DNA from: the human T2T-CHM13v2.0 reference genome, Homo sapiens
DNA length: 64,000 nt
Direction: 5' to 3' (one strand)
Assembly: GCF_009914755.1 (NCBI RefSeq)
Contig: NC_060932.1
Part shown: positions 62,956 through 64,000 of the stretch, piece after piece
How positions within the stretch are numbered: the first letter of the stretch is position 1
Layout of the letters: the number at the start of each line of letters is the position of its first letter
Notes under the pieces: model-generated
The model's database searches: none
What the model was told of the DNA's origin: nothing
The model's input: only the letters and a program-made list of their open reading frames with translations
Translations under genes and position numbers: made by a program

Positions 62956-64000
62956 TGAAAGGCATACACATAATTTTGCTAATTTGATAAAAATGAATCC
63001 CCCCCATCAAAAATAAAACCATCATTACCTTGTACATGTGTTTTCTCAGTATCCCTTCCCCTTTATTTGCAATTGGAAGAATGGCATGTTAGTCTCTATT
63101 CTTTTCTCCTTAGGCAGCCATGAATATATAGCACTGGGAATATATGGGACCCTGCTGGGGCATATGAATAATCAAGATGGTACAAGGTTTTACTTGAACA
63201 TAGTGACCATATGGATAATCCCCAATCTAATTGACAGACAAGCTGATAATGGTATAAAGTATTTTATATAAATATTGTTCCAGGAAGTCTAACATAATAT
63301 TGTAACAGTCACTCTGAAATTGGTAGAAAAATCACCTCTCTCATCACTGAGAGAGATAGCATACAAGTACATTTTACAATAAAATGACTTCCTCCCATTT
63401 TTCTGGATTGAAAGACTGTATTGTGAATGTGGACAAGATTGTTAATGTAAAGTACAATACTGGATACACTTTTGGTGTTTGAGGTCCTTAGAACATTAAA
63501 AAGAAAAAATTCATGAAAAAGAGAATTAGGTTGAGACATATATTTTGAGGCTTTGAGTACATTTTGGAAGTGAATGTATGTATTCCTAGGCTTTGGATCA
63601 GAAAGCTAATGGAAGTTCTTCTCCAAGGTGAAAGAGACAATGCAAGGAAAAGATCCAGCTGTTCTTTGCATCTGCTGGAGACACACATCAGAACAAAGCC
63701 AAAAGCAGCAGAGGCTGGTAGGTCATTAATGCCTTTCACACAGGCAGCGTGGAAAGAAAGATGGCCACCCTCAAACACTCATGAATTGGAGTTAGCTTTC
63801 ATTTTATCCATCCTGCTCTCGAGAAGTTGACATTATAATAATGAAAAACATGTCAGGTTGGTGAGATTTGAATTGAGTGTGCACATTTGTTAGCATTCCT
63901 GGCTGCATGGGTACTTTTGTTGATAAAGTGAAGTGCTCTATAATATTAAATCATTATTTCATGCCACTTATATTAATGTTCTGAAAGGCATTGCAAATTA

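Overview
AT-rich, CpG-depleted primate (human-like) genomic DNA, intronic or intergenic. No protein-coding exon is supportable: the ORF track consists of chance ORFs, Alu/LTR translations and broken L1 ORF1/ORF2 fragments. Much of the window is fossil transposons: eight Alu elements (most with visible TSDs), a 5'-truncated L1PA7-like copy inside an L3/CR1, a 3'-deleted L1PB (5'UTR, ORF1, ORF2 endonuclease), old L1M, L2, MIR, MaLR/ERVL solo LTRs and hAT MITEs. It also holds a 35-nt U2 snRNA retro-fragment, a probable degenerate SNORD112-like copy and several STRs. Repeat-free, homeodomain-motif-rich blocks (about 1-900, 12.6-13.0 kb, 29.2-29.4 kb, 57.2-58.3 kb) look like conserved non-coding elements, but this is inference. 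I found no convincing novel biological system. The best leads are an unexplained 75-bp direct repeat with a perfect 27-bp core, three hairpins (two of them fold-back duplications inside repeats), candidate non-coding exons and an L1-L1 deletion junction. Subfamily names come from recalled consensus sequences, not a RepeatMasker run, and boundaries of old repeats are approximate.
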